From Terriglobales bacterium (GTDB lineage Bacteria; Acidobacteriota; Terriglobia; Terriglobales; Acidobacteriaceae), in NCBI GenBank assembly GCA_049591935.1, contig JBAWFN010000069.1, forward strand, positions 34,139 to 98,138: 64,000 nt of DNA, in the 5' to 3' direction. Positions 8,861 through 18,797 of this stretch are shown here, in pieces; within the stretch, counting starts at the first letter, position 1; each line of letters begins with the position of its first letter. Position numbers and translations under genes: made by a program. The notes beneath the pieces are model-generated. The model saw nothing but the letters and a program-made list of their open reading frames with translations. It ran no database searches and had not been told where the DNA came from.

Positions 8861-9825
8861 GGCAGAACCTTCTCCAAACGGAGAAGTTCCTGAAGTCCGC
8901 GAGTCAGGTCAGAATGCGGCGTCCATCCGATCAGGGATTGCAGGGCCCCGACGTCGGCTTGCAGGTGCGGCCTTTCCACCGCCCGCAACTTGTCTGGGTC
9001 GACTTCAGTTCGTAGCGGCCGTCCGATAAGCTGAGAGATCCGGGCAAGGATTTCTTCAACCGAGACCGAAACTCCGGTCCCGATATTGACCGTCGTAACT
9101 CCCGGCGCGGACTTCAGAACTGTGTCGATCACAGCGCGGGCCGCGTCGCGGACCGGTACCAGATCGCGTTTCGGCGTGATATCGCCCAGACGGAGCACGC
9201 TGGTTTCCGGGGTGCGGAGCTGGTGAATGATATCCGGCAGAACATGGGGAGTGGTTTCGCGAGGTCCGTACATATTGAAGAGCCGGCCAATCACAAAGTG
9301 ACATTCGGGGTACTGTTCCGCCTGCAGCCGGATCAACTTCTCACCCTCCCATTTGGTAAGCCCGTAAACGTTGAATGGGCGAATGGCGCTCGATTCCCGA
9401 TGAGGGCTGGCGCTGGGTTCATACACATCCCCGGTGCTGGCAAACCAAAAACAGCGCAGCGGAACCTTCTCGCAAGCCTGGAGCAGGGTCTGGGTTGCGT
9501 GCACATTCAAGCTGACCGCTGCGGCCGGGTCACGCATGGCTGCCGGAATGAAGTGCACCGCAGCCAAATGCACGACCACTCCCGGCCGCTCACGCTGGAA
9601 CAGTTGGGTGAGCGATTCTTGATCGCGAATATCCTGTTGAAGGAACTTAAGAAGCGGATGCTCGGCGAAGGACTTCAGAAACGGCCAATTCCCACCCGTC
9701 TGGTTGTCCAGAGCAAGCACCGAAATCTGGCGCTGCAAGAGCTGTTCGACCACATGGGAACCGAGGAACCCCGCAGCTCCGGTGACCAGCCATGGCTCAC
9801 CGCCTTTTTGCGCCAAGACCGCCAT
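8857..9825 (-). CDS. NAD-dependent epimerase/dehydratase (extended SDR)
   Basis: The track ORF runs to 10170, but homology starts at MAVLAQKGGEPWLVTGAAGFLGSHVV (ATG = complement of 9823-9825). Rossmann TGAAGFLG and catalytic YGLTK are present. The upstream 115 codons read as non-protein-like and overlap the arsR promoter region. Confidence 0.85.
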   Translation of the reverse strand: MAVLAQKGGEPWLVTGAAGFLGSHVVEQLLQRQISVLALDNQTGGNWPFLKSFAEHPLLKFLQQDIRDQESLTQLFQRERPGVVVHLAAVHFIPAAMRDPAAAVSLNVHATQTLLQACEKVPLRCFWFASTGDVYEPSASPHRESSAIRPFNVYGLTKWEGEKLIRLQAEQYPECHFVIGRLFNMYGPRETTPHVLPDIIHQLRTPETSVLRLGDITPKRDLVPVRDAARAVIDTVLKSAPGVTTVNIGTGVSVSVEEILARISQLIGRPLRTEVDPDKLRAVERPHLQADVGALQSLIGWTPHSDLTRGLQELLRLEKVLP

Positions 9826-10053
9826 GTGGCTCCTTCGGGCAAGTATCGGGCATTGTGGTGTAGGTGACAGGCGCACGTCAATCAAATTTCGGAGCCGAGG
9901 ACCATATCGCCGAGAAAAGCTGGTTGCCCTGGCCTGCAACCATCCAGCTTTGTTAGGCATACGGCTGCTCACGCGAATGGACGCCCGGCGCCGTGCAATC
10001 CTTCCATGTACAAAAGTCAGGGGAGTTTGAGGCCATCCCTTGACATCGAAACC

Positions 10054-10077
10054 ATATTTCTGCAAATATAGAAATAT
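10054..10077. promoter_or_regulatory. candidate ArsR operator: perfect inverted repeat ATATTTCT-N8-AGAAATAT overlapping the arsR start; TTGACA at 10040-10045
   Basis: Read directly. ATATTTCT (10054-10061) and its reverse complement AGAAATAT (10070-10077). The arsR ATG is at 10076. A TTGACA hexamer sits 9 nt upstream of the left arm. Confidence 0.45.
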
Positions 10078-10432
10078 GCAGACGGCCCAATCCCGCAAAT
10101 CCCTCGAGTCCGTAGTCAAATTCGCGGACATGTTCTCGGCGATGGGTACGGAAGCGCGGCTGCGGATCATGCAATTGCTGTTATCCGCCCACCCGGACGG
10201 CCTGGTCGTTGGCGAGATTCAGCAGGAGTTGGATATTCCCAACTCCACGCTCTCTCATCATCTTGACAAGCTCAAAGCGGAAAACCTTGTGCTCGTCCGC
10301 CGCGAAAGTACGTTCCTCCGCTATACGGCGAATACCGAAGCGCTTCAGGGGCTATTGCAGTTCTTGTATGCCGAGTGCTGCACGCGCAACCAGGCACTCC
10401 GGCCAGAGTCAATCGTCCAAATTTGTCGCTAG
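10076..10432 (+). CDS. arsR: ArsR/SmtB-family metalloregulator
   Basis: [36 protein letters not shown]...[27 protein letters not shown] is a winged-HTH of the ArsR family. Vicinal Cys pair plus a third Cys near the C-terminus (YAECCTRNQ...QICR). Heads an ars operon. Confidence 0.85.
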   Translation: MQTAQSRKSLESVVKFADMFSAMGTEARLRIMQLLLSAHPDGLVVGEIQQELDIPNSTLSHHLDKLKAENLVLVRRESTFLRYTANTEALQGLLQFLYAECCTRNQALRPESIVQICR

Positions 10433-10440
10433 GAGGGTCA

Positions 10441-11292
10441 ATGAGCAACCCGGATCTGAAGCAAGTGGTGAAGGAAAAGTATGCCGAGGCGGCTCTGCGA
10501 GTGACCGGCGGCGGCAGTTCTTGCTGTGGAAGCAGCCCCGCGACAGGCTGCTGTGATCCCATCACATCAAACCTCTACGACTCGTCGCAAGCCGGCCAGA
10601 TTCCCGAGCAAGCCTTGCTTGCATCGCTCGGCTGCGGGAACCCCACCGCGTTGGCCAAGCTGAATCCAGGCGACGTTGTCCTTGATCTTGGCTCCGGCGG
10701 CGGCATCGACGTCTTGCTGTCGGGCAAACGCGTCGGCCCAACCGGAAAAGCCTACGGTCTCGACATGACCGACGAAATGCTCTCATTGGCGAACGAAAAC
10801 AAGCGCAGAGCCGGGGTTGAAAACGTCGAATTCCTGAAGGGTGAAATTGAGCGCATTCCTCTACCTGACAATTCTGTCGATGTCATCATTTCCAACTGCG
10901 TTATAAACCTCTCCGCCGACAAAGACCGGGTTTTACAGGAGGCCTTCCGCGTCCTCAAGCCCGGAGGACGCTTTGCAGTGTCGGATGTGGTCACGCGTGG
11001 AGAAATGCTTCCCGAGATTCGCAAGAACGTGCTTTTGTGGGTCGGCTGCGTTGCCGGAGCGCTCGAAGAAAACGAGTACCGCAGTAAGTTGGCAGCGGCT
11101 GGCTTCGAGCAAATTGAGCTTGAACCCACTCGGGTTTATCGAATCGAAGATGCCCGCGAATTCCTGTCGGGCCAGAACATCGACGTCGATGCGCTTGCAC
11201 CGCAAGTGGATGGCAAGTTCATGAGCGCTTTCGTGCGCGCGGTGAAGCCCCGGAAAAATGACCCTTGCTGCGGCCCCACCTGCTGCAACTGA
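10441..11292 (+). CDS. arsM: arsenite S-adenosylmethionine methyltransferase
   Basis: Start at ATG 10441 after [24 protein letters not shown], Cys-rich [21 protein letters not shown] motif [13 protein letters not shown]-terminal CCGPTCCN. Confidence 0.85.
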   Translation: MSNPDLKQVVKEKYAEAALRVTGGGSSCCGSSPATGCCDPITSNLYDSSQAGQIPEQALLASLGCGNPTALAKLNPGDVVLDLGSGGGIDVLLSGKRVGPTGKAYGLDMTDEMLSLANENKRRAGVENVEFLKGEIERIPLPDNSVDVIISNCVINLSADKDRVLQEAFRVLKPGGRFAVSDVVTRGEMLPEIRKNVLLWVGCVAGALEENEYRSKLAAAGFEQIELEPTRVYRIEDAREFLSGQNIDVDALAPQVDGKFMSAFVRAVKPRKNDPCCGPTCCN

Positions 11293-11301
11293 AAGACGCC
11301 A

Positions 11302-11814
11302 ATGAACCGACACTACAACGTCTTGTTCCTGTGCACGGGAAACTCCGCGCGCTCCATCATGGCCGAGGCGATCCTGAATCACAAGGGGAAGCCGAACTTC
11401 ACTGCCTACAGCGCCGGCAGCCATCCCTCCGGCAGGGTCCGGCCAGAAGCCTTGAAACAACTTGAAGCGGCTCATATTCCAACCGACGGTCTCAGCAGCA
11501 AGAGTTGGGACAACTTCGCCAGGCCCGCCGCTCCCAGATTCGATTTTGTTATTACCGTCTGTGATCACGCTGCAAAGGAGATGTGCCCGGTGTGGCCGGG
11601 GCAGCCGATGACCGCCCACTGGGGTGTTCCTGATCCGCCGGCGGTTCGAGGAAGCGAACCCGAGATTGAACGAGCATTTCGTGAAGCGTTCTTCATCTTG
11701 GATCGCAGAATCAGTTTATTTCTCTGTCTTCCACTGAAGGCTCTTGACAGCCTTGCACTCAAAAGAGAACTCGACCGTATTGGCCAGACGATGTCGCCCG
11801 TCGCCGACGAATAG
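11302..11814 (+). CDS. arsC: arsenate reductase, LMW-PTP (thioredoxin-coupled) type
   Basis: 170-aa ORF. N-terminal [17 protein letters not shown] (CX5R P-loop) and later VITVCD..A block. Confidence 0.9.
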   Translation: MNRHYNVLFLCTGNSARSIMAEAILNHKGKPNFTAYSAGSHPSGRVRPEALKQLEAAHIPTDGLSSKSWDNFARPAAPRFDFVITVCDHAAKEMCPVWPGQPMTAHWGVPDPPAVRGSEPEIERAFREAFFILDRRISLFLCLPLKALDSLALKRELDRIGQTMSPVADE

Positions 11815-11870
11815 CCGCCTGTTTCAACCGGCTGGCTTCGGTTAGCTTGCCGCAACATAGGGAATCACTC

Positions 11871-12956
11871 ATGAAGGCACCCAGTCGTCTCAGTTTTCTG
11901 GACCGCTATCTAACCGCGTGGATCTTTGCCGCCATGGTTGCGGGTGTTGTATTGGGCTGGCTGGTGCCCGGAGTCGTATCATTTCTCAATCGTTTCAACA
12001 TAGGCGCGACTTCCATTCCCATCGCAGCCGGATTGATCTTGATGATGTACCCCCCCTTTACCAAGGTCCGATATGAGGAGCTGCATGAGGTCTTTCGCAA
12101 CAAGCGCGTACTCGGTCTTTCACTCGTGCAGAACTGGGTTGTGGGGCCGATGTTGATGTTTGTTCTGGCCATTGTCTTCTTGCGTGGATACCCGGAATAC
12201 ATGGCTGGACTGATTATGATCGGCCTCGCACGCTGCATCGCCATGGTCATCGTTTGGAATGAACTGGCAAAAGGCGACACTGAATATGCGGCGGGCCTGG
12301 TGGCCTTCAACTCTCTTTTTCAGGTCTTTTTCTACTCTCTCTACGCATGGGTCTTCATTACGGTCCTTCCTGCCAAACTCGGCCTGCGAAGTACCGTCGT
12401 CAATGTTTCGATCACAGAGATTGCAAAGAGTGTCTTCATCTATCTCGGAATTCCGTTTCTGGCCGGATTTCTGACTCGTACCGCTCTGGTTCGTATGAAA
12501 GGGCACGACTGGTACAACCGGAACTTCGTTCCGCGCGTAAGCCCGCTAACGCTGGTTGCCCTGCTGTTCACGATTGTGGTGATGTTCTCCCTTAAAGGTG
12601 GCTACATTGTTCGCCTCCCCCTGGACGTCCTGCGCATCGCGGTCCCGCTCTTGATCTACTTCGTGCTGATGTTCTTGGTCTCCTTTTACATGGGCAAGAA
12701 ATTGGGTGCGGACTACTCCAAGACGACAACTCTGGCATTTACCGCCGCCTCAAATAATTTTGAACTGGCGATCGCGGTTGCCGTGTCGGTCTTCGGCATA
12801 AACTCTGGAGCCGCATTCGCGGCTGTTATCGGGCCACTGGTAGAAGTGCCTGTGATGGTCGCACTTGTCAACGTGGCCTTCTACTTTCGACGCCACTTTT
12901 TCCCCAATCCGGAAGCCATCCCCGTCCCACCAATTTGTTCGCCTGCCGCGCGGTGA
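11871..12956 (+). CDS. acr3: ACR3-family arsenite efflux permease
   Basis: Start taken at [29 protein letters not shown] (ATG 11871). Polytopic membrane protein matching the Acr3 N-terminal signature. Last gene of the ars operon. Confidence 0.9.
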   Translation: MKAPSRLSFLDRYLTAWIFAAMVAGVVLGWLVPGVVSFLNRFNIGATSIPIAAGLILMMYPPFTKVRYEELHEVFRNKRVLGLSLVQNWVVGPMLMFVLAIVFLRGYPEYMAGLIMIGLARCIAMVIVWNELAKGDTEYAAGLVAFNSLFQVFFYSLYAWVFITVLPAKLGLRSTVVNVSITEIAKSVFIYLGIPFLAGFLTRTALVRMKGHDWYNRNFVPRVSPLTLVALLFTIVVMFSLKGGYIVRLPLDVLRIAVPLLIYFVLMFLVSFYMGKKLGADYSKTTTLAFTAASNNFELAIAVAVSVFGINSGAAFAAVIGPLVEVPVMVALVNVAFYFRRHFFPNPEAIPVPPICSPAAR

Positions 12957-13004
12957 ACAGGAAGACCCGGACCGCATCTCACCGCAGAAAGGTTCGCTCC
13001 CGCA

Positions 13005-13592
13005 TCACCGCCGGTTGCGATACAGCGACCTATCCGCTTGCTGCGCCATTGCGTCCACATTCAAATCTAAAGTCAAGAAATCCCGTACCGTTCTCGCGCT
13101 GCCGATGGGATCATTCACCAGATTCTTGTAACGCAGAAAGCAAACCAGAATGTCCGTTCGCTTCTTGAGCCACGCGTTTACCACTTGCAGGTGTTGCTCG
13201 AATGCCGAAGCCATCAAGTCGTGTTCGAAGAGATCAGAATTTCCGCGGCGCCGCAGCATCTCATCCTGTGAAGCCAGCACTTCCGCCAGCGACCGTTGCA
13301 TGAAGATGATTTTGTAGTCGCGGCCTGAGGGAATCGACATGAGAAGCTGGGAGATAATCTTCACCGCCTTGCCCTCGGCTTCGTCGATAAGCTCCGGTTG
13401 TTTGGGAAGCAGCTTCGCAGGTTCCCACTCGCAATAGCCGCGAGGGTTATCTTCGTCTGGCTTGCGTTCGAAGTCGGTGAGCAGGGTCATGCCGCCGGCA
13501 GCCAGCATCTGCATCATCAGTGATGTGCCGGTGCGCGGCAGGCCCGAGACAATCGTGATCACGGCAGCGGACTCTCCGTTGTCACCGCCCAC
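13005..13592 (-). CDS. PAPS-type sulfotransferase family protein
   Basis: 195-aa ORF. 5'-PSB-like loop VSGLPRTGTSLMMQML. An internal GTG (complement of 13560-13562) overlaps the upstream TGA stop (GTGA), so the real start may be 13562 (185 aa). Confidence 0.7.
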   Translation of the reverse strand: MGGDNGESAAVITIVSGLPRTGTSLMMQMLAAGGMTLLTDFERKPDEDNPRGYCEWEPAKLLPKQPELIDEAEGKAVKIISQLLMSIPSGRDYKIIFMQRSLAEVLASQDEMLRRRGNSDLFEHDLMASAFEQHLQVVNAWLKKRTDILVCFLRYKNLVNDPIGSARTVRDFLTLDLNVDAMAQQADRSLYRNRR

Positions 13593-15676
13593 GGCTTGCC
13601 ATCGAACTGAGCCGGTAAAGCCAGGCCGAAGAGCTTCAGTATGGTGGGCGCGACATCTACAATGGCGGGCTTTTCGTCGGCGATCTTGCGGTTCGAAAAC
13701 AGCACGCCCGGCACCAGCCTGGGGTCAATACAATGGTCGCCGCTCCAGGCTTTCAGATTGTCCTCGAAGACCTGGCTGGTGACCTTGCCCATGACCGAAT
13801 CCCAGGAAGCGCGGAAGCCATCGCCATAGCCGATAATCAGGTCGGGCGCATTGTCCACATAAGGGCCAGCGTAGGCGTTGTCCGAGTCAAAGACTCCGGT
13901 GATGCCGATCTTCCCTGAAGCGGAATCAACCAATCCGTTGAGTTTGCCGCGCAATTCATCTTTTAAGGCTGCCGCTTCGTCGCCCGCTTTGACCGTCCCT
14001 TGGCGCTCACGTCCGGCAAGATTCAGGTACAAGCCATTCAGACCCATGGTGTAGGCCCGGGTGCGCGACCAGTCCACGTCTTCGAACCAGTCGCCGCTCT
14101 CGGTCTTTCCCGGCTTCAACGCCAGATATCCGTTCTGATGCAGCCAGGCATTCAAGTTGAGGCAGCGCGCGAACGACTTGAAGCCGTGGTCGGAAACCAC
14201 CAGCAGCAATGTGTCATCATCAATCTGCTTCCGCACGCGTCCGATCAGGTCATCCATGCGGCGATACAGATCCTGAATGACCGGGGGCCGCTGATCGCGA
14301 GGCACATCCCGGGCCGCGGGGTGATCTTCGTCCAAATATCGCCAGAACATGTGCTGGACGCGGTCGGTGGTATCAAAAACGCAGGCGCAGAGGCCCTGCC
14401 GGGTTTTTTCCAGCGCATCGAAGAGCATGCGCTCGCGATCGTCGTGATTGGAGTAGCACTGCGCCAGAAATGCCTGATCGTCAAGCACTCCCTCGTTGAG
14501 CGCCCAGGTATCTTCGGCAAGCCCCAGGGTGGCATACGAACCGAACAACTTGGCCAGATAGATGGAATAAGTTACCGGGTGCGAGACCGGCAAATCCGGC
14601 CTGCCTGGATCAATGTTCACCGGCGTGACATAGACTTCCACCTCAGGCGATAGCTCTTTGAGATAAAAGCGGCAGATTCCGTGGGCGCTGATTCCTAAAG
14701 CCGCCTTGAACTTCACCGGAATCCATCCTGAATATTCCCCAACTTTCAGCGTGAACCCTTCTGAGTCCACCTTTATGTGCGCCTCATTCTTTGCCATATC
14801 AGGCCGAATCTCAAACTTCACCCGCAACTCGCTGCCGGACTCGGCGTTCAAAGGATCGTCCGGCCCTGGGATGTAGGAGTGACACACGGAGCCCCGGCGT
14901 TCGATGGGAACCCGGACTCCGCCTTCGCGAAATTTGTCGCCACTGCTGCGAGTCGTACAGAAGCAAAACGTCCCCTGGCTGCCTTTCAAATCCGGCACGC
15001 ACATGCCGGACAGCAGCACTCCGGGAAATTTCTCCGGAGGAAAAGTCACCGGCACGCGGATCACCGAACAGAAAATTCCTGCCTTTCCCAGCCAGTGCCA
15101 GAAGGGCGTTCCTCGCCTCATGCCTTTGATTCGGGGCTTGCCGAGTGGAATCGTGTATTTGCCGATCTTCACACTACGCTTGGGTGGGCCGATTTCAGCA
15201 GAAGACAGAAACGGCAGATAGCTGTTGAGGTCCCGTGCCAAGAAGTCATAAATGTTGTGCTTGCCGGGATTGACCCCAGTCATGAAGGTGGACCACGCCA
15301 CCGGTGAAATTGGCGGGTACGTCGTCCGTAGTTTCCGGAAGGTTCCCTGGTCGCGCAGTTGCGCCAGATTCGGCAGCCTGCCTTCCTGCATAAAGCGTTC
15401 TGCCAAATCCGGGTCCATACCATCGAAACCCAATATGACCGCCCGCTTGATCAGCGCCTTGCCGTAAGCCTTGCGGTGCCGCAACCAGCGAAATAGATGC
15501 CGGAATGGCCAGGTGACGAAGGCATAGGCGGAATACAAGAAAGCCACAAACAGCGTCCAGAAGGAAGAAAGAAATGCGAAACCCGCGCCCGGCCCTGCAT
15601 ACGCTTCACTGCGCAACGGAAACAGCAATACCAGGCCGAGAACGATCAGCAGCAGATTGAATCTGCGCCCCTTCAT
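13559..15676 (-). CDS. membrane-anchored alkaline-phosphatase-superfamily enzyme (type I phosphodiesterase / nucleotide pyrophosphatase-like)
   Basis: 705-aa ORF. N-terminal hydrophobic segments. AP-superfamily blocks ILGFDGMDP, PPISPVAWSTFMTG, LLVVSDHGF, WSGDHC. Paralogue of 16736..18784. Confidence 0.7.
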   Translation of the reverse strand: MKGRRFNLLLIVLGLVLLFPLRSEAYAGPGAGFAFLSSFWTLFVAFLYSAYAFVTWPFRHLFRWLRHRKAYGKALIKRAVILGFDGMDPDLAERFMQEGRLPNLAQLRDQGTFRKLRTTYPPISPVAWSTFMTGVNPGKHNIYDFLARDLNSYLPFLSSAEIGPPKRSVKIGKYTIPLGKPRIKGMRRGTPFWHWLGKAGIFCSVIRVPVTFPPEKFPGVLLSGMCVPDLKGSQGTFCFCTTRSSGDKFREGGVRVPIERRGSVCHSYIPGPDDPLNAESGSELRVKFEIRPDMAKNEAHIKVDSEGFTLKVGEYSGWIPVKFKAALGISAHGICRFYLKELSPEVEVYVTPVNIDPGRPDLPVSHPVTYSIYLAKLFGSYATLGLAEDTWALNEGVLDDQAFLAQCYSNHDDRERMLFDALEKTRQGLCACVFDTTDRVQHMFWRYLDEDHPAARDVPRDQRPPVIQDLYRRMDDLIGRVRKQIDDDTLLLVVSDHGFKSFARCLNLNAWLHQNGYLALKPGKTESGDWFEDVDWSRTRAYTMGLNGLYLNLAGRERQGTVKAGDEAAALKDELRGKLNGLVDSASGKIGITGVFDSDNAYAGPYVDNAPDLIIGYGDGFRASWDSVMGKVTSQVFEDNLKAWSGDHCIDPRLVPGVLFSNRKIADEKPAIVDVAPTILKLFGLALPAQFDGKPWAVTTESPLP

Positions 15677-16488
15677 ATTTCAATCCCCAGAACGCTCTTG
15701 AAGAAAAATCCTGCGACCAGCGAGAGAACGAAGAACAACCAAATCCAGTTCCAATCCAACCAGGCAAAATGGATGCTACGCGCAGGATAACTCACTGCAA
15801 TCGACTCGATGGGTCCGTTCTCTGGCAATGGAGGCTCGCCAGAAACCAACATCCGTTCCCAAAATCGTCCCCGAAGCCGAATCGGAGAAACCCGCGCCAC
15901 GCCCTGCGTCACCGCTGCCTGCTTCGAAAAGACTTGACCCGCAGCGGTAATGTGAACGTCGTAATTCCCGTCCTTTTCCGCCATCACTCGCCAAAAGACC
16001 TCGTTGTCGGAAGGCACGTGCACGGCCGGAGCTGTCGTCGTCAACTCGGGCGGCAACTGCAACGATACTTCATTGAGGGAGCCGGGATCTGTCGTCCGCA
16101 CTTTGAGCAAGAACGTCTGCCCGGTTTCCAGCGGAACGAATCCTAAATACCGGTCCAATTGCACAATGAGCAGAACCAACGGGATCATCACGTACAACAA
16201 GGGCTTGAACGCCAGCTTCAAATATCTCCCCGTGCCTTTCACGATGCGCCCGTACGAGGCCAGAACGACCGGAATCTGATCCTGAAAAAGACGTACCGCC
16301 AGCAGGTGCGCCTTGAGTTGATCCTTCGCGATGTGAATCGCCTTCTGGTCAGAGGTGTAACCAAACACAACCACCATGAGTAGCCCAATCATGGAGGACA
16401 CGAGGACGACCAGCACAAGCGGGAGATTAGCTCGAAAGAAACTCGGCATGGCCGTGAAGAATCCGTAAGTAGGGACAAGCGAAGACAT
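15673..16488 (-). CDS. hypothetical membrane protein (two N-terminal and one C-terminal TM segments around a ~170-aa loop)
   Basis: Start taken at MSSLVPTYGFF (complement of 16486-16488), because the track's longer ORF would overlap the upstream small gene. 4-nt overlap with the downstream AP-family gene. No family recognised. Confidence 0.5.
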   Translation of the reverse strand: MSSLVPTYGFFTAMPSFFRANLPLVLVVLVSSMIGLLMVVVFGYTSDQKAIHIAKDQLKAHLLAVRLFQDQIPVVLASYGRIVKGTGRYLKLAFKPLLYVMIPLVLLIVQLDRYLGFVPLETGQTFLLKVRTTDPGSLNEVSLQLPPELTTTAPAVHVPSDNEVFWRVMAEKDGNYDVHITAAGQVFSKQAAVTQGVARVSPIRLRGRFWERMLVSGEPPLPENGPIESIAVSYPARSIHFAWLDWNWIWLFFVLSLVAGFFFKSVLGIEI

Positions 16489-16511
16489 CGCCGGTTGGTG
16501 GGAATGACGCA

Positions 16512-16718
16512 CTAATCGATGTAGCCGAGTCCCTGCAGCCGCTTTTTCACCAGTTCTCTGGACGCGGAATCTCCTTCCGAGGGAAACACTTTCTTGATTT
16601 CTTTCTCCAGCACATGGGTCACGAACTCGTCGACAGATCCATAACCGCCAGCGTCCACGCACTGCTTCACTTTGTCCAGCAAATCGCCCTCGATCTTTAC
16701 TTTATAGGAACCAAACAT
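16512..16718 (-). CDS. small (68-aa) protein, possible ribbon-helix-helix fold
   Basis: MFGSYKVKIEGDLLDKVKQCVDAGGYGSVDEFVTHVLEKEI... shows a beta-strand then two-helix pattern. Sits between two tightly packed operon genes. The fold call is a guess from pattern only. Confidence 0.4.
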   Translation of the reverse strand: MFGSYKVKIEGDLLDKVKQCVDAGGYGSVDEFVTHVLEKEIKKVFPSEGDSASRELVKKRLQGLGYID

Positions 16719-16735
16719 CAATCCCTCCCCGTCCA

Positions 16736-18784
16736 CTAGCGAAAGGCGCGCCTCGATTCGAACACCGACTGCCCTATCATATCCTTTGATTTGGCGATTC
16801 CAAACTCCGCGAGAATCGTCGGAGCAATGTCAGTTAGAGCCGGGGTCTCAGCTTTAATTTCACGATTGCTGAGCAGCACCCCTGGAACCAGCGTGGAATC
16901 CATGCAGTGGTCGCCACTCCAGGGGTTCAGGTTATCCTCGAGAATTTCCGCCGGAAACGCGCCGAGAATGGTTTTCCAGCCGGCCCGATAGCCGCGGTTA
17001 TAGCCGACCAGAAGATCGGGCCCCGAACGGGAGTAAGGTCCTTGGTAGACCTCACTCGCGACATCCACTCGCGTGATCACAGCCAGACCACCCTGAGGGT
17101 CCCTCACGCCCAGCAGTTGTTCTTTAAGCTCCCTGATTAACGCGTTTGCTGCTGCTCCCGGCTCGACGATTCCCTCGCGCTCGCGGCCGCGCAGGTTGAC
17201 GTAAAGGCCGTTCAAACCAAGCCCGTAGGCGCGAGTCTGACTCCAATCCACGTTGGCCCACGGCTCGGCCGGATCGGAACTCGCTCCGCTTTTCAACTTG
17301 ATGTAACCGCGGTTCAGCAGCCAGGTATTCAAGTTGAACGAGCGGTAGTAGGGAGCGAACCCATGGTCGGAAAGAACCAGCAGAGTGGTGTGGTCATCCA
17401 GTTTAGGCAGCACCTCGCCCAGCACTTGATCGATCTGCTGATAAAACTCGCGGATCGCCGATCCATTCTGAGCGGCAAGTGCAGCGTCGTATCCCGGATG
17501 CTTCGCGTCCATTAGCCGCCAGAACATGTGGGAGTTGAGGTCGAGGCTTGAGAAGTAAAAGAAAAATACTCCCCGGCGGAACTTGGGGAACTCAAGATCG
17601 AAAATTTGGCGATGTTCAGCCAGAACGGTCCGCGCCTGTTGCAGGTATTCGTTGTCGTCCAGCACACCAGCGGAAAGCGCCTTGGTGTCCTCCGCAATCC
17701 CCTGCGTGTAGAACTCCCCTGCCTCTTCCGAGAGCATGCGCGAATAGCTGGAGGGAGTTGAGATGGGGAGCGCGGGGTCCGCAGGGTCAATATTGATGGG
17801 CGAAACATATAGCTGAAACCGGGGATGTGCTTGCTTAAGGTAAAAGCGGCACATGCCTTTGACATTGCCGAAAAACGGAACCAGCTGAAACTCAATCCCT
17901 ATCCAATCGCTCCATTCGCCTTCGCGCAGCACAAATTCGTGACCTTGCACTGCGATTCGGGCAACGGACTCAAGCGGATCGACGGCTACCGAGAAAGACT
18001 CAGTCGCCGCAGGAGAGCCCTTGCGGAAGCTGTTCTCGGGGCCAATCAAATTGGCTTGCACCTGTGAGTTCTCCACCTGCACCGGAATGATCTGCCCCCC
18101 TTCGACGGCGCCGGCAGCGGCGGCAGGGTCGTCCGTATAAAAAGAGAACGTGCCGTAGGTGCCGCGCAGGTCGGGAGTTCCCATGCCGGAGAGCGTTTCC
18201 CCCTTGGCTGGGACAGGCGGAAAATTTGCCGGAATGCGAAAGACGGAATTCGGCACTCCATGCTGATCCAGAATCTCCCAGAACGCCGGGCCCTTTCGTA
18301 GTTGCTCAGCGCTGCCGCCTCCCAGGGGAATCAGCCAACTGCCGAGATGAATGGCGTGCGCAGGCGGCTTTACCTGCGATGCCGAAAAGTAAGGTTCCAT
18401 CGTCTTGGGGTCGCGATGGATGAAATCAAAGATGCCGTGCCCCCCGGCGTTCATTCCCGTGATCAGGTTCGACCACGCTACTGGACTCTGTGGCGGAATG
18501 CTGGTGGTGAGCAGGCGAAACGATCCCTGCGAAACCAGCTTGGAGAAGTTGGGCATCTTGCCCTCGTTCATGAATTGCTTCAGGAGTTGAGGATCCATGC
18601 CGTCGATGCCGAGGATGATCAGCCTTTGCTCTCCATGCCAGTCGCCGCGCGCGCGTTGGCATGAAGGCAATAGGGCAGTGGCGCAAACCAGCAGCAATCC
18701 AGCAAATACCCAGACAGCTTTCTTCAGAGGCTCACTCCCTTCACCGTCGTGAACACAAGCTTTCCCAACAACCTCACTAGGCAT
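16736..18784 (-). CDS. alkaline-phosphatase-superfamily enzyme (NPP-like), probable lipoprotein or secreted; paralogue of 13559..15676
   Basis: 682-aa ORF. ILGIDGMDP, PPQSPVAWSNLITG, LLVLSDHGF, WSGDHC. N-terminus VWVFAGLLLVCATALLPSCQ (signal/lipobox-like). The start codon is uncertain because it lies 13 nt from the divergent gene's ATG. Confidence 0.7.
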   Translation of the reverse strand: MPSEVVGKACVHDGEGSEPLKKAVWVFAGLLLVCATALLPSCQRARGDWHGEQRLIILGIDGMDPQLLKQFMNEGKMPNFSKLVSQGSFRLLTTSIPPQSPVAWSNLITGMNAGGHGIFDFIHRDPKTMEPYFSASQVKPPAHAIHLGSWLIPLGGGSAEQLRKGPAFWEILDQHGVPNSVFRIPANFPPVPAKGETLSGMGTPDLRGTYGTFSFYTDDPAAAAGAVEGGQIIPVQVENSQVQANLIGPENSFRKGSPAATESFSVAVDPLESVARIAVQGHEFVLREGEWSDWIGIEFQLVPFFGNVKGMCRFYLKQAHPRFQLYVSPINIDPADPALPISTPSSYSRMLSEEAGEFYTQGIAEDTKALSAGVLDDNEYLQQARTVLAEHRQIFDLEFPKFRRGVFFFYFSSLDLNSHMFWRLMDAKHPGYDAALAAQNGSAIREFYQQIDQVLGEVLPKLDDHTTLLVLSDHGFAPYYRSFNLNTWLLNRGYIKLKSGASSDPAEPWANVDWSQTRAYGLGLNGLYVNLRGREREGIVEPGAAANALIRELKEQLLGVRDPQGGLAVITRVDVASEVYQGPYSRSGPDLLVGYNRGYRAGWKTILGAFPAEILEDNLNPWSGDHCMDSTLVPGVLLSNREIKAETPALTDIAPTILAEFGIAKSKDMIGQSVFESRRAFR

Positions 18785-18797
18785 TAAACTTCATTCT

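Noticed and set aside
9826-10170. 115-codon N-terminal extension of the epimerase ORF
   Set aside because: It has no homology and an odd composition. It would run through the arsR promoter and operator. The Rossmann motif begins right after the internal ATG at 9825.
10933-11619. 228-aa minus-strand ORF across arsM/arsC
   Set aside because: It is antisense to two well-supported ars genes and reads as a shadow frame.
14000-14653. 217-aa plus-strand ORF
   Set aside because: It is antisense to the 705-aa AP-superfamily gene and has no motifs.
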